Assembly: GCA_031424095.1 (NCBI GenBank)
Contig: JANPGU010000181.1
Location: 1-62,215 of the forward strand
Source of the DNA: Gammaproteobacteria bacterium
Lineage (GTDB): Bacteria; Pseudomonadota; Gammaproteobacteria; Steroidobacterales; Steroidobacteraceae
DNA length: 62,215 bases
Direction of reading: 5' to 3'
The position numbers were made by a program, and so were the translations under genes. The first letter of the stretch is position 1, and each line of letters opens with the position of its first letter. This document shows positions 19,454-28,726 of the stretch, in pieces. Below the pieces are notes generated by a model. The model was not told where the DNA came from and did no database searches. It was given only the letters and a program-made list of their open reading frames with translations.

Positions 19454-22400
19454 CAGCCCGCATTCAGCTCGACAGCTATCTCGCCCAGGCGCGTCGCCGC
19501 CTGCAGTGGATCATGGCCACACAGGGACTGGCATTGCTCGCCGGAGCGCTGCTGGTGCTGACCCTGCTCAGCGCGCTTGCATTGGGTCGCTTTGGTTTTG
19601 CCGATTCCGCGGTGCTTGGGGCACGCCTGCTGCTGGTGGCTGCCGTGGTGGCAGTGGTCGTGTGGCTGGTGCTGCGACTGCGCGCGCTGCGGCGCGAAGA
19701 CGGTGCGCGACAACTGGAAAGCGCGCTGCCCGCACAGGGCGGGCGCATTGCCACCTATCTGCAGGAATCCGCCAAGCAGCCGGGCAAGGCCTCGGTGCTG
19801 CTGGACCTGCTGGCCGAAGATGCGCAGCGCGTGGCCGATCAGGAGCCCGTTGCACAGGTCATTCCCGCGCGCCGGCTGTGGTTGCCGGCGCTGGCTGCGG
19901 GGCTGTGCGTAGCTGCGCTGGTCGGTACGCTGCAACTCGGCGGTCTGCTCGGCGAAGCCGCCCAGCACCTGTGGCTCGGCCGTCTGCCGCCGGCTACCAC
20001 CATCGCCGCCGCGGCGGGTGGCATCGCCGTTCGTCCGGGCGACACCACTGTGCGCCGCAACCAGGATCTGGACATCGGCGCGCTGGTGGCCAATCGCGGT
20101 AGCGATGTCACCGTGCATGTGAAATTCGACGGGGGCGGCGAATGGGAAGTCGCGCCCATGCAGGCCGACGGCAAGGGCGGCTATGCCTTCACGCTGTTCG
20201 CGGTGCGCGACGCCGCGAAGTATTACGTGACTGCAGGCGCGTTGCGCAGCAGTGAACATCGCATCGATGTGGTCGATCTGCCGCAGATCCAGAGTCTGCG
20301 GCTGACCTATGAATATCCGTCATGGACCGGTTTGCCGCGCCGAACTGAGGAATCCGGCGGTGACATCCGTGCAGTCGATGGCACACGCGTCGGCGTCGAA
20401 GTGGTGACCGACAAGCCTTTGCAGGGTCCGTTGCTGGTGATCAATGGCAGCGAAGCGGGGCTGTCGCAATCCGGTGCCACCAGTCGCGGCAATATTGCGG
20501 TGAAGAAGCCCGGCCACTATCGCATCGCCACGCGCTTCGGCGACGAGATCGTGCCGCTGACGCAGGACTATCTCATCGAAGTGGTGGCGGACGAAAAGCC
20601 CACCGTCGAGATCGCGAAGCCAGGCCGCGACTACCAGGCCACCAACATCGAGGAAGTGCCGGTCAATGTGCGCGCCCGCGATGATTTCCGGCTCGAAGCG
20701 CTGGAATTGCACTACTCGGTGAATGGCGGCGAATGGCGCAGCGAGAAACTGGCGGCCGGCAGTCCCGACGTCCAGGCCGCAGCGTTGCTGCGGCTGGAAG
20801 AGATGCAGCAGAAGGGTCCGCGTGGTGAATCGCCGCTGCTGGTGCCCGGCGATCTGGTCAGCTACTACGCGCTGGCGAAAGACCATGCCAGCAGTGCGCA
20901 GACCGATCTGTTCCTGATCCAGGTGCAGCCTTTCGAGCGGCGCTTCACGCAGTCGCAGGCCAATGGCGGCGGTGGTGGCGGCGGCGGTGGTGGTGATGAG
21001 GAAGGCGAGATCTCGAAGCGCCAGAAAGAAGTGCTGATGGCCACGTGGAACCTGCAGCGCACCCGCGAGAATGCGGGCGATCGCGAGGCCGAGCGTGTGG
21101 CCGACAACGCCCGCATGCTGGCCGAAGTGCAGCAGACACTGGCCGATCAGGCGCGCACGCTGGTCGAGCGCGCCAAGGCACGCGCGCTTACCGGCCAGGA
21201 CGAAAACGTGAACAATTTCGTCAAGAGCCTGGAAGAGGCCGGCAAGGCGATGGTGCCGGCGGCCAAGAATCTGAACGACCAGGAGCTCAAGGCCGCCATC
21301 CAGAACGAGCAGCAGGCCCTGCAACATCTGCTGCGCGCCGAATCGGCATTCCGTGACATCCAGGTGGCGATGCAGAGCCCCGGCGGTGGTGGCGGCGGCG
21401 GCGGCGCGCAGGCCGGTCGCGATGTTGCCGAGATGACCGAGCTCGAGCTCGATCTGGAAAAGAACCAGTACGAGACCGAGCCGCAGATGTCGGCCCAGCA
21501 GCAGGGCCAGGCCGAAGATGAAACGCTGCGCAAGCTGCGCGAGCTGGCGCGTCGGCAGGAACAGCTGGCACGCGAAGCGCAACGCCGCAACACGCCGGCC
21601 GAGCAGCAGCGCTGGCAGCAGGAACAGCTGAAGCGCGAGGCCGAACAGTTGCGCCAGCAGCTGGAACAGCTGGCCCAGCAGCGCGGCCAGCAACAGGGCG
21701 GGTCGCAAGGTCAGCAGAGTTCGCAGGGTGGCCAGCAGCAATCCGCGAGCGCAGCCTCCGCAGCAGAAGCCGCGCGCCAGGTGGCAGACGCCCTGCGGCA
21801 GATGCAGCAGGCGCAGGATCGTGGCGACAAGCAGGCCGCCAATCGCGCCACCGAGCAGCTCAATCGTGCGCGTGAACAGCTCGAACGTGGCCGACAGCAG
21901 GCCGATCAGGAACGGTTTTCCAACCTCAGCGACGCGGCGCGTGATCTGGCGGAGCGGCAGGCCAGATCCGAGCGCGAGCTGCGGGCGGCCATCGGCAATC
22001 GTCCGCCACCGACCCTTGCCAACAATCGGCAGCAGAATGAATCAGGCCTGAGTTTCGAACAGATGGAACGGCTGTCGTCCGCGAAGCGGCAGATGCAGGG
22101 CGATCTGGAGAAACTGCAGCAGCAGATCGATTCCACGCGACGACAGGCGCAGCAGGCTGCACCTCGAGCCAGTGAACAGCTGGCGCAGGCCTCGCAGGAT
22201 CTGCAGGAAGCCGATACTTCCGGCAGCCTGTCGCGCAGCGCCCGTGACATCGAACGTGGCCGTGGCGAGCAGGCCGCAACACGCGAAGCGCTGATCGGTG
22301 AATCACTGCAGAAACTGCAGCAGTCACTGGATCAGGCGGCCGAGTCGGCAGCGGCGGAATCCGGCACGCAGCGCAAGCAGGGACGCGAGGCCGACGCCGG

Positions 22401-23085
22401 CGATCTGCTCGCCGAGCTTGGCGATCTGCGGCGTGCGCTGGAACGCGCACGGCAGCAGGGTCTGGCGCAGAACCAGCGAGGCGGTGGTGACGCCGGCGCG
22501 CGCTCCCCCAACGCGCAGCAAGGTCAGGCGGGACAGGATGGCGGCCAGTCTGGTCAGCAGGGCCAGGGCGGTCAGGGTCAGGCTGGCCAGGGGGGCAATC
22601 AGCCCGGGCAGCAGGGCGGTGCGAATGCGGGCGCAAATGGGGGCGCCGGTGACTTCGGCCGCGCCGGCAGCGGCCGCGATGGCGGTGGTAATGGTGGCCG
22701 GTTTGTCGGCGGCGTGCGCCCCGGCGAGCGCGTGCCGCTTAGCGGTGGCGAACGGCAGGCGCTGCGCGAACAGACCCAGCTCAGCGCCCAGCGTCTGCAG
22801 CAGCTGCGCGAACAATTGCAGAACGGCGCGCTGGCCGAATCCGACGTGACGGCGCTGAATGAACTGTCGCAGCGGCTGCGGCGCACCGGCGCCGATCCGA
22901 TGGCTGCGGAATATCAGCGCATGGTGGCGCTGGTGAACCAGCTGGAACTGGCTGCGCTGAAGTCACAGCAGGCGAAGAACCAGGACAAGGGCACCCGCAC
23001 TGCAGATTCGGTCGACGATTCGCGGCGATACCGCGACAATGTCGCCGAGTATTACCGCAGGTTGGGCGTGCCGAATGAACGATAA
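19450..23085 (+). CDS. Large membrane-anchored low-complexity/coiled-coil protein (DUF4175-like)
   Basis: N-terminal TM helices, a structured middle, then about 600 aa of Q/E/R/G-rich coiled-coil and disordered sequence with poly-Gly runs. ATGA overlap with the upstream gene. The family assignment is from memory only. Confidence 0.5.
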   Translation: MTARIQLDSYLAQARRRLQWIMATQGLALLAGALLVLTLLSALALGRFGFADSAVLGARLLLVAAVVAVVVWLVLRLRALRREDGARQLESALPAQGGRIATYLQESAKQPGKASVLLDLLAEDAQRVADQEPVAQVIPARRLWLPALAAGLCVAALVGTLQLGGLLGEAAQHLWLGRLPPATTIAAAAGGIAVRPGDTTVRRNQDLDIGALVANRGSDVTVHVKFDGGGEWEVAPMQADGKGGYAFTLFAVRDAAKYYVTAGALRSSEHRIDVVDLPQIQSLRLTYEYPSWTGLPRRTEESGGDIRAVDGTRVGVEVVTDKPLQGPLLVINGSEAGLSQSGATSRGNIAVKKPGHYRIATRFGDEIVPLTQDYLIEVVADEKPTVEIAKPGRDYQATNIEEVPVNVRARDDFRLEALELHYSVNGGEWRSEKLAAGSPDVQAAALLRLEEMQQKGPRGESPLLVPGDLVSYYALAKDHASSAQTDLFLIQVQPFERRFTQSQANGGGGGGGGGGDEEGEISKRQKEVLMATWNLQRTRENAGDREAERVADNARMLAEVQQTLADQARTLVERAKARALTGQDENVNNFVKSLEEAGKAMVPAAKNLNDQELKAAIQNEQQALQHLLRAESAFRDIQVAMQSPGGGGGGGGAQAGRDVAEMTELELDLEKNQYETEPQMSAQQQGQAEDETLRKLRELARRQEQLAREAQRRNTPAEQQRWQQEQLKREAEQLRQQLEQLAQQRGQQQGGSQGQQSSQGGQQQSASAASAAEAARQVADALRQMQQAQDRGDKQAANRATEQLNRAREQLERGRQQADQERFSNLSDAARDLAERQARSERELRAAIGNRPPPTLANNRQQNESGLSFEQMERLSSAKRQMQGDLEKLQQQIDSTRRQAQQAAPRASEQLAQASQDLQEADTSGSLSRSARDIERGRGEQAATREALIGESLQKLQQSLDQAAESAAAESGTQRKQGREADAGDLLAELGDLRRALERARQQGLAQNQRGGGDAGARSPNAQQGQAGQDGGQSGQQGQGGQGQAGQGGNQPGQQGGANAGANGGAGDFGRAGSGRDGGGNGGRFVGGVRPGERVPLSGGERQALREQTQLSAQRLQQLREQLQNGALAESDVTALNELSQRLRRTGADPMAAEYQRMVALVNQLELAALKSQQAKNQDKGTRTADSVDDSRRYRDNVAEYYRRLGVPNER
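20965..20994 (+). repeat. Homo-codon glycine tract (GGC/GGT x10) inside the 1211-aa gene
   Basis: ggcggcggtggtggcggcggcggtggtggt, read directly from the sequence. Confidence 0.9.
21382..21405 (+). repeat. Second glycine-codon tract (GGN x8) inside the 1211-aa gene
   Basis: ggcggtggtggcggcggcggcggc, read directly from the sequence. Confidence 0.9.
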
Positions 23086-24493
23086 GAAGATTCTCGACGA
23101 TCTCGTGGCGCTGGTGGGCGATGTGGCGCTGGCACCCGATGCCATGCTGCTGGAAAAGCACACCCATGACTATTGCGTGCACGGCAATCGCGATGTGGGT
23201 GTGATGGCGCTGGTCTTTCCGCGCACCACCGAGCAGGTTTCGAAAGTGCTGCGCTACTGCAACGACCACAGCATTGCCGTGCAACCGCAGGGCGGACTCA
23301 CCGGTCTGGCCGGTGGCGCGGTGCCGACCGGCCCCTGTGTCATCATCTCGCTGGAGCGCATGCGCGCCATCAAGGAAATCGATACCGCCGCCGGCACCAT
23401 CACGGTGGAGGCGGGCGTGGCCATGGAGGCCGTGCAGAAAGCCGCTGACGCGGTCGAACTGTTTTTCCCGCTGGATCTCGGTGGTCGTGGCTCCTGCCAG
23501 ATCGGCGGCAATATCTCGACCAATGCCGGCGGCAACCGCGTGCTGCGCTATGGCATGGCGCGTGATCTGGTGCTGGGTGTCGAAGCCGTGCTGGCTGATG
23601 GCACGGTCATCGATGCGCTGCGCAAGGTTATCAAGAACAACTCCGGCTATGACCTGCGGCAGCTGTTCATCGGCGCCGAAGGTACGCTGGGCATCGTGAC
23701 GCAGATCGTGCTGCGGCTGTTTCCCAAGCCGCGCAGCAATTGCACCGGCATCTGCGCGGTCGAAGACTATGCCGGCGTGCTGGAATTGCTGAAGCGTGCG
23801 CGCAGCGGCTTCGGCTCGCTGCTCAGCGCGTACGAAGTGATGTGGCCGGACTTCTACCGCATGGGTACGGAAGGGCTGGGTCGCAAGCCACCACTGGAAC
23901 TGGGTCATGGCGTCTATGTGCTGATCGAGACACTGGGGACCGACCCAGACGCAGACCAGGCGCGCTATGAAACCGTGATCGGCGAAGCCATCGAAGCCGG
24001 TGTGGTGAAAGACGCCACCATCGCGCAGTCGCAGCGCGAGGCTACCGAACTCTGGGCGGTGCGCGATTCTCCAGGCGAATGGTCGAAGGGCATTCACTGG
24101 CCGCAGCTGGGCTTTGATGTCAGCGTGCCCACCGGCGAGATCGGCCCGCTGGCCGAGGAAATCGGCGGCGAGCTCAAGCGCCGCTGGCCGGAGTTGTTCT
24201 CGGTATTCTTCGGGCATGTGGCCGACGGCAACCTGCATGTGTCCGTGCGCATGTCCGGGCACAGCATCCCCGAGCTCGATATCGAGAATGCGGTTTACAG
24301 CATCGTGTCGCAGCGGCGCGGTTCCATTTCAGCGGAGCACGGCATCGGCTCGCTGAAGATTCCATTCCTGCATTATTCGCGCAGCGAGGCCGAAATCGCG
24401 CTGATGCGCGCGATCAAGCATGCGATGGATCCGAAGGGAATCATGAATCCCGGCAAGCTGTTCGCGAGCGGCGGCAACGACCATCACGCGTGA
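23075..24493 (+). CDS. FAD-linked oxidase (GlcD / D-2-hydroxyacid dehydrogenase family)
   Basis: FAD-binding PCMH pattern (PRTTEQVSKVLRYCNDHSIAVQPQGGLTGLAGGAVP) and C-terminal GSISAEHGIGSLK. I set the start at ATG 23075 (MNDKKIL), which overlaps the upstream gene by 11 nt. Confidence 0.85.
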   Translation: MNDKKILDDLVALVGDVALAPDAMLLEKHTHDYCVHGNRDVGVMALVFPRTTEQVSKVLRYCNDHSIAVQPQGGLTGLAGGAVPTGPCVIISLERMRAIKEIDTAAGTITVEAGVAMEAVQKAADAVELFFPLDLGGRGSCQIGGNISTNAGGNRVLRYGMARDLVLGVEAVLADGTVIDALRKVIKNNSGYDLRQLFIGAEGTLGIVTQIVLRLFPKPRSNCTGICAVEDYAGVLELLKRARSGFGSLLSAYEVMWPDFYRMGTEGLGRKPPLELGHGVYVLIETLGTDPDADQARYETVIGEAIEAGVVKDATIAQSQREATELWAVRDSPGEWSKGIHWPQLGFDVSVPTGEIGPLAEEIGGELKRRWPELFSVFFGHVADGNLHVSVRMSGHSIPELDIENAVYSIVSQRRGSISAEHGIGSLKIPFLHYSRSEAEIALMRAIKHAMDPKGIMNPGKLFASGGNDHHA

Positions 24494-24533
24494 TCCGCTG
24501 CTACTGCGGGTCATCCGCAGTCTCGACCTCGAG

Positions 24534-25409
24534 GTGGGCACCGAGCCTGGCCGTCCCGGGTGGCTCAGCGCAGCCAGCGGTCTCATCTGCACCGCCGGCG
24601 AACTCTGCGTTGTAGCTGACGATGAACTGCATCTAGGGCGTTTCTCATTCGACCCCGCAAGGCCCGGCAGTCTGCTGCGGCTTTTCCCAGGGGGGCTTCC
24701 CGACGGCGTGAAGAAGCGCAAGAAGCGCAAGCCCGATCTGGAAGTGCTGGTGCGCCTGCCCGCCAACCGGGACTACCCGCATGGCGTATTGCTGGCCCTG
24801 GGGTCGGGCTCCACTGAGCATCGGTGTCGCGGCGCGCTGCTGGCGCTGGGCGTGGATGGCCGGATCTCGGGCAAGCCCCGCAGTATCGATGCCGAGGCCC
24901 TGTATGCGCGGCTGTCGCGATCATTCGATGATCTGAATCTGGAAGGCGGCTGGGTGGCAAACGATCGATTGAATCTGCTGCAGCGGGGCAACAAGGGTGA
25001 TTCACCCAACGCGGTGCTGCAGTGGAATCTTGCATCGGTGGTAAGCGCACTCTTGCGCGACCGCTGCCTTCCCGACGTGGATCCTCGGCAGATGCAGACC
25101 GTCGATCTCGGTGACATCCACGGCATCCCGCTTGGCTTCACCGATGCCACGCCTTTGCCGGATGGTGGCTGTCTGTTCAGCGCGGTGGCCGAGAATACCT
25201 CTGATTCACGTGTCGATGGTCCCTGTGCAGGGGCTGTCATCGGGCGGTGCGATGCGGACGGCAGAATCATCTCGGTGCGCTCCACAAGTCCGCTGTACAA
25301 GATCGAGGGAATTGACGTGCAGCAGGAAGGTTCGCAGTTGCGAGTGCTGCTGGTAACGGATGCGGACGATCCTGCGGTGGCTGGATCGCTGCTGCAAACA
25401 CGGATCTAG
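24534..25409 (+). CDS. Hypothetical protein (about 290 aa; possibly a beta-propeller-like fold)
   Basis: Protein-like composition, but I recognise no family. The start is uncertain because the frame stays open upstream. Confidence 0.45.
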   Translation: MGTEPGRPGWLSAASGLICTAGELCVVADDELHLGRFSFDPARPGSLLRLFPGGLPDGVKKRKKRKPDLEVLVRLPANRDYPHGVLLALGSGSTEHRCRGALLALGVDGRISGKPRSIDAEALYARLSRSFDDLNLEGGWVANDRLNLLQRGNKGDSPNAVLQWNLASVVSALLRDRCLPDVDPRQMQTVDLGDIHGIPLGFTDATPLPDGGCLFSAVAENTSDSRVDGPCAGAVIGRCDADGRIISVRSTSPLYKIEGIDVQQEGSQLRVLLVTDADDPAVAGSLLQTRI

Positions 25410-25429
25410 CGCATTCGGGCGCAATGCGC
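25409..25429. terminator. Hairpin between convergent genes (GCGCATT-N7-AATGCGC)
   Basis: A perfect 7-bp stem spans the 21-bp gap between the two convergent stop codons. The T-tract is weak, so it is at most a bidirectional stabiliser or terminator. Confidence 0.3.
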
Positions 25430-25430
25430 T

Positions 25431-25841
25431 TCACGCTTCCGGAGTTTCGGTGTCGCAGAGTCCGGAGGTGAGATCGTCGCGTGCCGCTGCAGCTAGCTTT
25501 TGATAGCGCCGCTTGAACGCATGCAGCTCCTCTTCTTCCAGTTCCTCCAGATCGAGCAGCGCGTTGTGAGCGCCCTTGGTTGCGCGGATCAGTTCATCCA
25601 GCTTCACCTGCATGGCTTCGGTGTCGCGGTTCTGCGTGTTCTGGATCAGGAACACCATGAGGAAGGTGATGATCGTCGTGCCGGTGTTGATGACCAGCTG
25701 CCAGGTGTCGCTGTAGTGAAAGACCGGACCCGTGACAACCCAGACCGCGATGATGAGCACCGCGATAACAAAGATCCGTGGCCTGCCGCAGAAGCGCGCG
25801 GCACCCTTGGCAAAACCGGCGTACCAGGCGGAAGCTTGCAT
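25431..25841 (-). CDS. Low-affinity iron permease family membrane protein
   Basis: VVTGPVFHYSDTWQLVINTGTTIITFLMVFLIQNTQNRDTEAMQVKLDELI is the family signature. I trimmed the start to ATG 25841 (RBS GGAGAATGAA). Confidence 0.8.
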   Translation of the reverse strand: MQASAWYAGFAKGAARFCGRPRIFVIAVLIIAVWVVTGPVFHYSDTWQLVINTGTTIITFLMVFLIQNTQNRDTEAMQVKLDELIRATKGAHNALLDLEELEEEELHAFKRRYQKLAAAARDDLTSGLCDTETPEA

Positions 25842-25872
25842 TTCATTCTCCAGGAGTCGGTGTGGAAGCGCT

Positions 25873-26514
25873 TCACTTGGGATCGAAGAGTGCAGAGGGA
25901 AACAGTCTGCATGTCTGTTGGTGGCAGGCCCGGGTGACAATTACGCCGTCATCACCACAGCGCAGCAGGTAGTTGACCATACCCTGCGCGATGCCGGGTC
26001 CATTCCAGGAAACATGGCATGTGCCGCGCACGATCAGCGAGAGATTGCGGCCGTTGAAGGAGTAGTCGTATTTGCGCCCAATCAGTTCGGCGACCGCGGC
26101 GGCGGTCTCTTCTCTCGTGTCGTCCTGCTGATAGGTCACCGGCACATGCTGCGAACCCATGGGCAGGTAGAAGCCCGGTACCGGTGCCTGGCATTGCCAC
26201 TGCCTGGCGCTGGCGCGCAGACATGTGCGTTGATAGAACGTTGCAAAGCCCAGTACGCGCCGCGACAGCGGGCAACGCACCATGGCACTTGCTGCGCCCG
26301 CCTTGCCGGCAAATTGCGCGGCTGCTGATTCGATCCCCGTGCTGATGGCGGATTGCCCACACGCCAGGCGCTGCAGCACCTGCAGCTGCGCCGGATTCAA
26401 TACAAGGGAATGTTTGGGCAGCGCAGCTGCCGCAGCGTGACCCGCCAGCACGAGGATCGTGCCGGCGAGCCAGGCAGCTTCACACGCCCTGGATGTTGCG
26501 CTTCTTCGTCGCAC
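25873..26514 (-). CDS. Hypothetical secreted Cys-containing protein
   Basis: The C-terminal ~190 aa look protein-like. The only plausible signal peptide (RRRSATSRACEAAWLAGTILVLAGHAAAAA) needs GTG 26514, inside the 3' end of the SDR gene. An alternative start is GTG 26451. The 3' half has lower G+C. Confidence 0.4.
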   Translation of the reverse strand: MRRRSATSRACEAAWLAGTILVLAGHAAAAALPKHSLVLNPAQLQVLQRLACGQSAISTGIESAAAQFAGKAGAASAMVRCPLSRRVLGFATFYQRTCLRASARQWQCQAPVPGFYLPMGSQHVPVTYQQDDTREETAAAVAELIGRKYDYSFNGRNLSLIVRGTCHVSWNGPGIAQGMVNYLLRCGDDGVIVTRACHQQTCRLFPSALFDPK

Positions 26515-27610
26515 GGCGATGCGCCACTTCCTGCACGTAGATGGGCGTGCGGTAGTAGCGATCCTTGCCGGCCGCGATGTGCTCCGGCATCGGCGTGAAA
26601 GCCACCATGGATTCGGCCATCGCCATGCCACGTGCTTCCACACCCACGCGATATTCCGGCGCCGGGTAGATCCACATGTCGTTGTTGATGATGCCGTTGA
26701 CCACCAGCCTGCCGACAGTGAGAGGATCCTGCGGACGCGCCCAGAACGGCGTGGTCGGCGGAGGCGTCGGGCGGGCAGTAGCACCGGCGCCTGCGGGACG
26801 TGCTCCGAGGGGTGGGCGCGGTGCAGCCGGCGCATCGTTCTTCATCGAATCCGGACGGTAGGTTTCGCTGCGCGCGATATTCGTGGACGTCTGTCCCGGC
26901 ACCAGGTTCGAGGTGCCGATGTTGGTCGCGCGCAGTTCATGGCGCAGCTGTTCCATCATTCCCGACACGGCCATCTTCGACACCGCATAGATGCCGGTGG
27001 TGCCGAGCAGCACGCCATCCGTGGAAGAAGTGGTGACGATGTGCGCGCCTTCCTTGTTCGCGATCATGCGCGGCACAAAGGTGCGGGCGCCATACAGAGG
27101 CCCCCAGAAGTTGACGCCCATGCACCAGTCCCAGTCCTTGTCCGAACCGCCGGCGATGGTGGCGAATGGCCCCACACCCGCGTTGTTCACCAGGATATGC
27201 ACCGGGCCAAACTTCTTCTCGATCTCGTCTGCCTTGCTCGCCCAGGTCTCGCGCACCATCACGTCATGGACAATCGTCGACACGCGCGGATCGTTGGCCG
27301 GAAAGTTTTTCAGCGCTTCGGCGAACTGGGCGTCGTTGTAGTTGCCAAGGATCACCTTCGCGCCTGCTTCATGCAGCGCACGCGCGATTCCGAGGCCGAT
27401 ACCACTGGAACCACCGGTGACATAGGCGACCTTGCCCTTCACGTCGGTGATGGGCGGCGCCTGTGAAGGACCGAGGTCGGGCAGCGCAGGTGAAGCCGGT
27501 TCCGCCGCGGTGGCTGCGGGGCTGCCCAATATCCCGGCGGTGCCCGCTGCTCCGGCTGCCAGCGCCATGCCACCCACGATTTGGCGGCGGGTTAGGTATT
27601 TTTTGCTCAT
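26480..27610 (-). CDS. SDR-family oxidoreductase with a twin-arginine (Tat) signal peptide
   Basis: MSKKYLTRRQIVGGMALAAGAAG is the Tat motif. TGGSSGIGLG is the Rossmann motif and YAVSK is the catalytic Y-x3-K. I trimmed the start to ATG 27610. Confidence 0.8.
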   Translation of the reverse strand: MSKKYLTRRQIVGGMALAAGAAGTAGILGSPAATAAEPASPALPDLGPSQAPPITDVKGKVAYVTGGSSGIGLGIARALHEAGAKVILGNYNDAQFAEALKNFPANDPRVSTIVHDVMVRETWASKADEIEKKFGPVHILVNNAGVGPFATIAGGSDKDWDWCMGVNFWGPLYGARTFVPRMIANKEGAHIVTTSSTDGVLLGTTGIYAVSKMAVSGMMEQLRHELRATNIGTSNLVPGQTSTNIARSETYRPDSMKNDAPAAPRPPLGARPAGAGATARPTPPPTTPFWARPQDPLTVGRLVVNGIINNDMWIYPAPEYRVGVEARGMAMAESMVAFTPMPEHIAAGKDRYYRTPIYVQEVAHRRATKKRNIQGV

Positions 27611-27696
27611 CTTTGCTTCCCCATGAATAATCCGCCGATGATAGGGGAGGACCGCTGCGGCGGGAACTGGTGACAACGCCGGGCCTGCTGCGCCCT

Positions 27697-28194
27697 TCAG
27701 CCTAGGGCCTGGGGATTCATCTGCCACGCCGCAAAGTTAAGCGCGGTGGCGAAGCTCACCCACGCCAGGTATGGCGCCAGCAACCAGCCGGCCTGCGGTT
27801 TCACCCGCCAGAAGGCGACCAGCGTGGCGACGATCAGGATCCACAGCATCACGATATCGGCAAAGGCCCAGGCGCCTTGTCGCCAGCCGAAAAACAGCCA
27901 GGTCCACAGCGAGTTCAATGCCAGCTGCACCACGTAAAGCGTCAGCGCGAAACGCGCGTCGCCCAGGCCGCGGGTGCGCCATACCAGCCACGCTGCAATC
28001 GCGATCAGCAGATAAAGCACGCTCCACACCGGGCCGAACAGCCAGGCCGGCGGAGCCCACGCGGGCAGTTGCAGTGTCGAGTAGAAATCGGCCGCGTTGA
28101 TCGAGGCTGCCGCGCCGACCGCGGCCGCCGCCATGGTCAGAAGCAGACAGATTACCAGGCCCCGGATCTGGGTAGATGTCGACATGCGCTGCAT
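27697..28194 (-). CDS. tspO: TspO/MBR tryptophan-rich sensory protein
   Basis: Five TM helices. LQLPAWAPPAWLFGPVWSVLYLLIAIAAW and LALNSLWTWLFFG are typical TspO motifs. Confidence 0.85.
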   Translation of the reverse strand: MQRMSTSTQIRGLVICLLLTMAAAAVGAAASINAADFYSTLQLPAWAPPAWLFGPVWSVLYLLIAIAAWLVWRTRGLGDARFALTLYVVQLALNSLWTWLFFGWRQGAWAFADIVMLWILIVATLVAFWRVKPQAGWLLAPYLAWVSFATALNFAAWQMNPQALG

Positions 28195-28350
28195 TGTTCC
28201 GCCACTCGTGTCCCTGCCCCAACCTTACCGCAGGCGGGTAGGCGTCGGCCTACGGAAACTGCGGCGTTCATCTGATCAGCCCTGCGGACACGACTGCGTA
28301 CAGTTCGCTCAACGCAGAGCCGAAATCCGAACCGCCGCAAGGAGTCTCGA

Positions 28351-28524
28351 ATGTCATTCGCTCTTTACATGATAGGCCTGGCGGTGCTGGTGGGCGGAAT
28401 CGCCTGGGCCCTGGTGGCCGCCGGTATTGGCTCGACCTACATTGCGATAGCGTGCCTGATCGTGGCGGGCATCGGCATCATGACAGCCGTGTCGCGCACG
28501 CGCGCGAAGGATCCACCGGTCTAA
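28351..28524 (+). CDS. Small two-TM membrane protein (57 aa), below the ORF-track size cutoff
   Basis: My own translation: MSFALYMIGLAVLVGGIAWALVAAGIGSTYIAIACLIVAGIGIMTAVSRTRAKDPPV. RBS AAGGAG lies 6 nt upstream of ATG 28351. Confidence 0.45.
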   Translation: MSFALYMIGLAVLVGGIAWALVAAGIGSTYIAIACLIVAGIGIMTAVSRTRAKDPPV

Positions 28525-28726
28525 GGCGGCGCGTTCCGTTCGATCTTTTGCAGCGCCGGCTGCGCTTCGTCTGCGAAGCGCGGTGAGGCGAACAGCAGCG
28601 CTCCGGACACCGCACCGCCGCTGCCATGACCAGCGCCTTCACCACGCGGGCAATCAGTTTCCTGCGGACGGGAGTAAAGATCCCGATATGACGCTTGTAC
28701 GCGGCACAATATCGGCATGACTGTTT

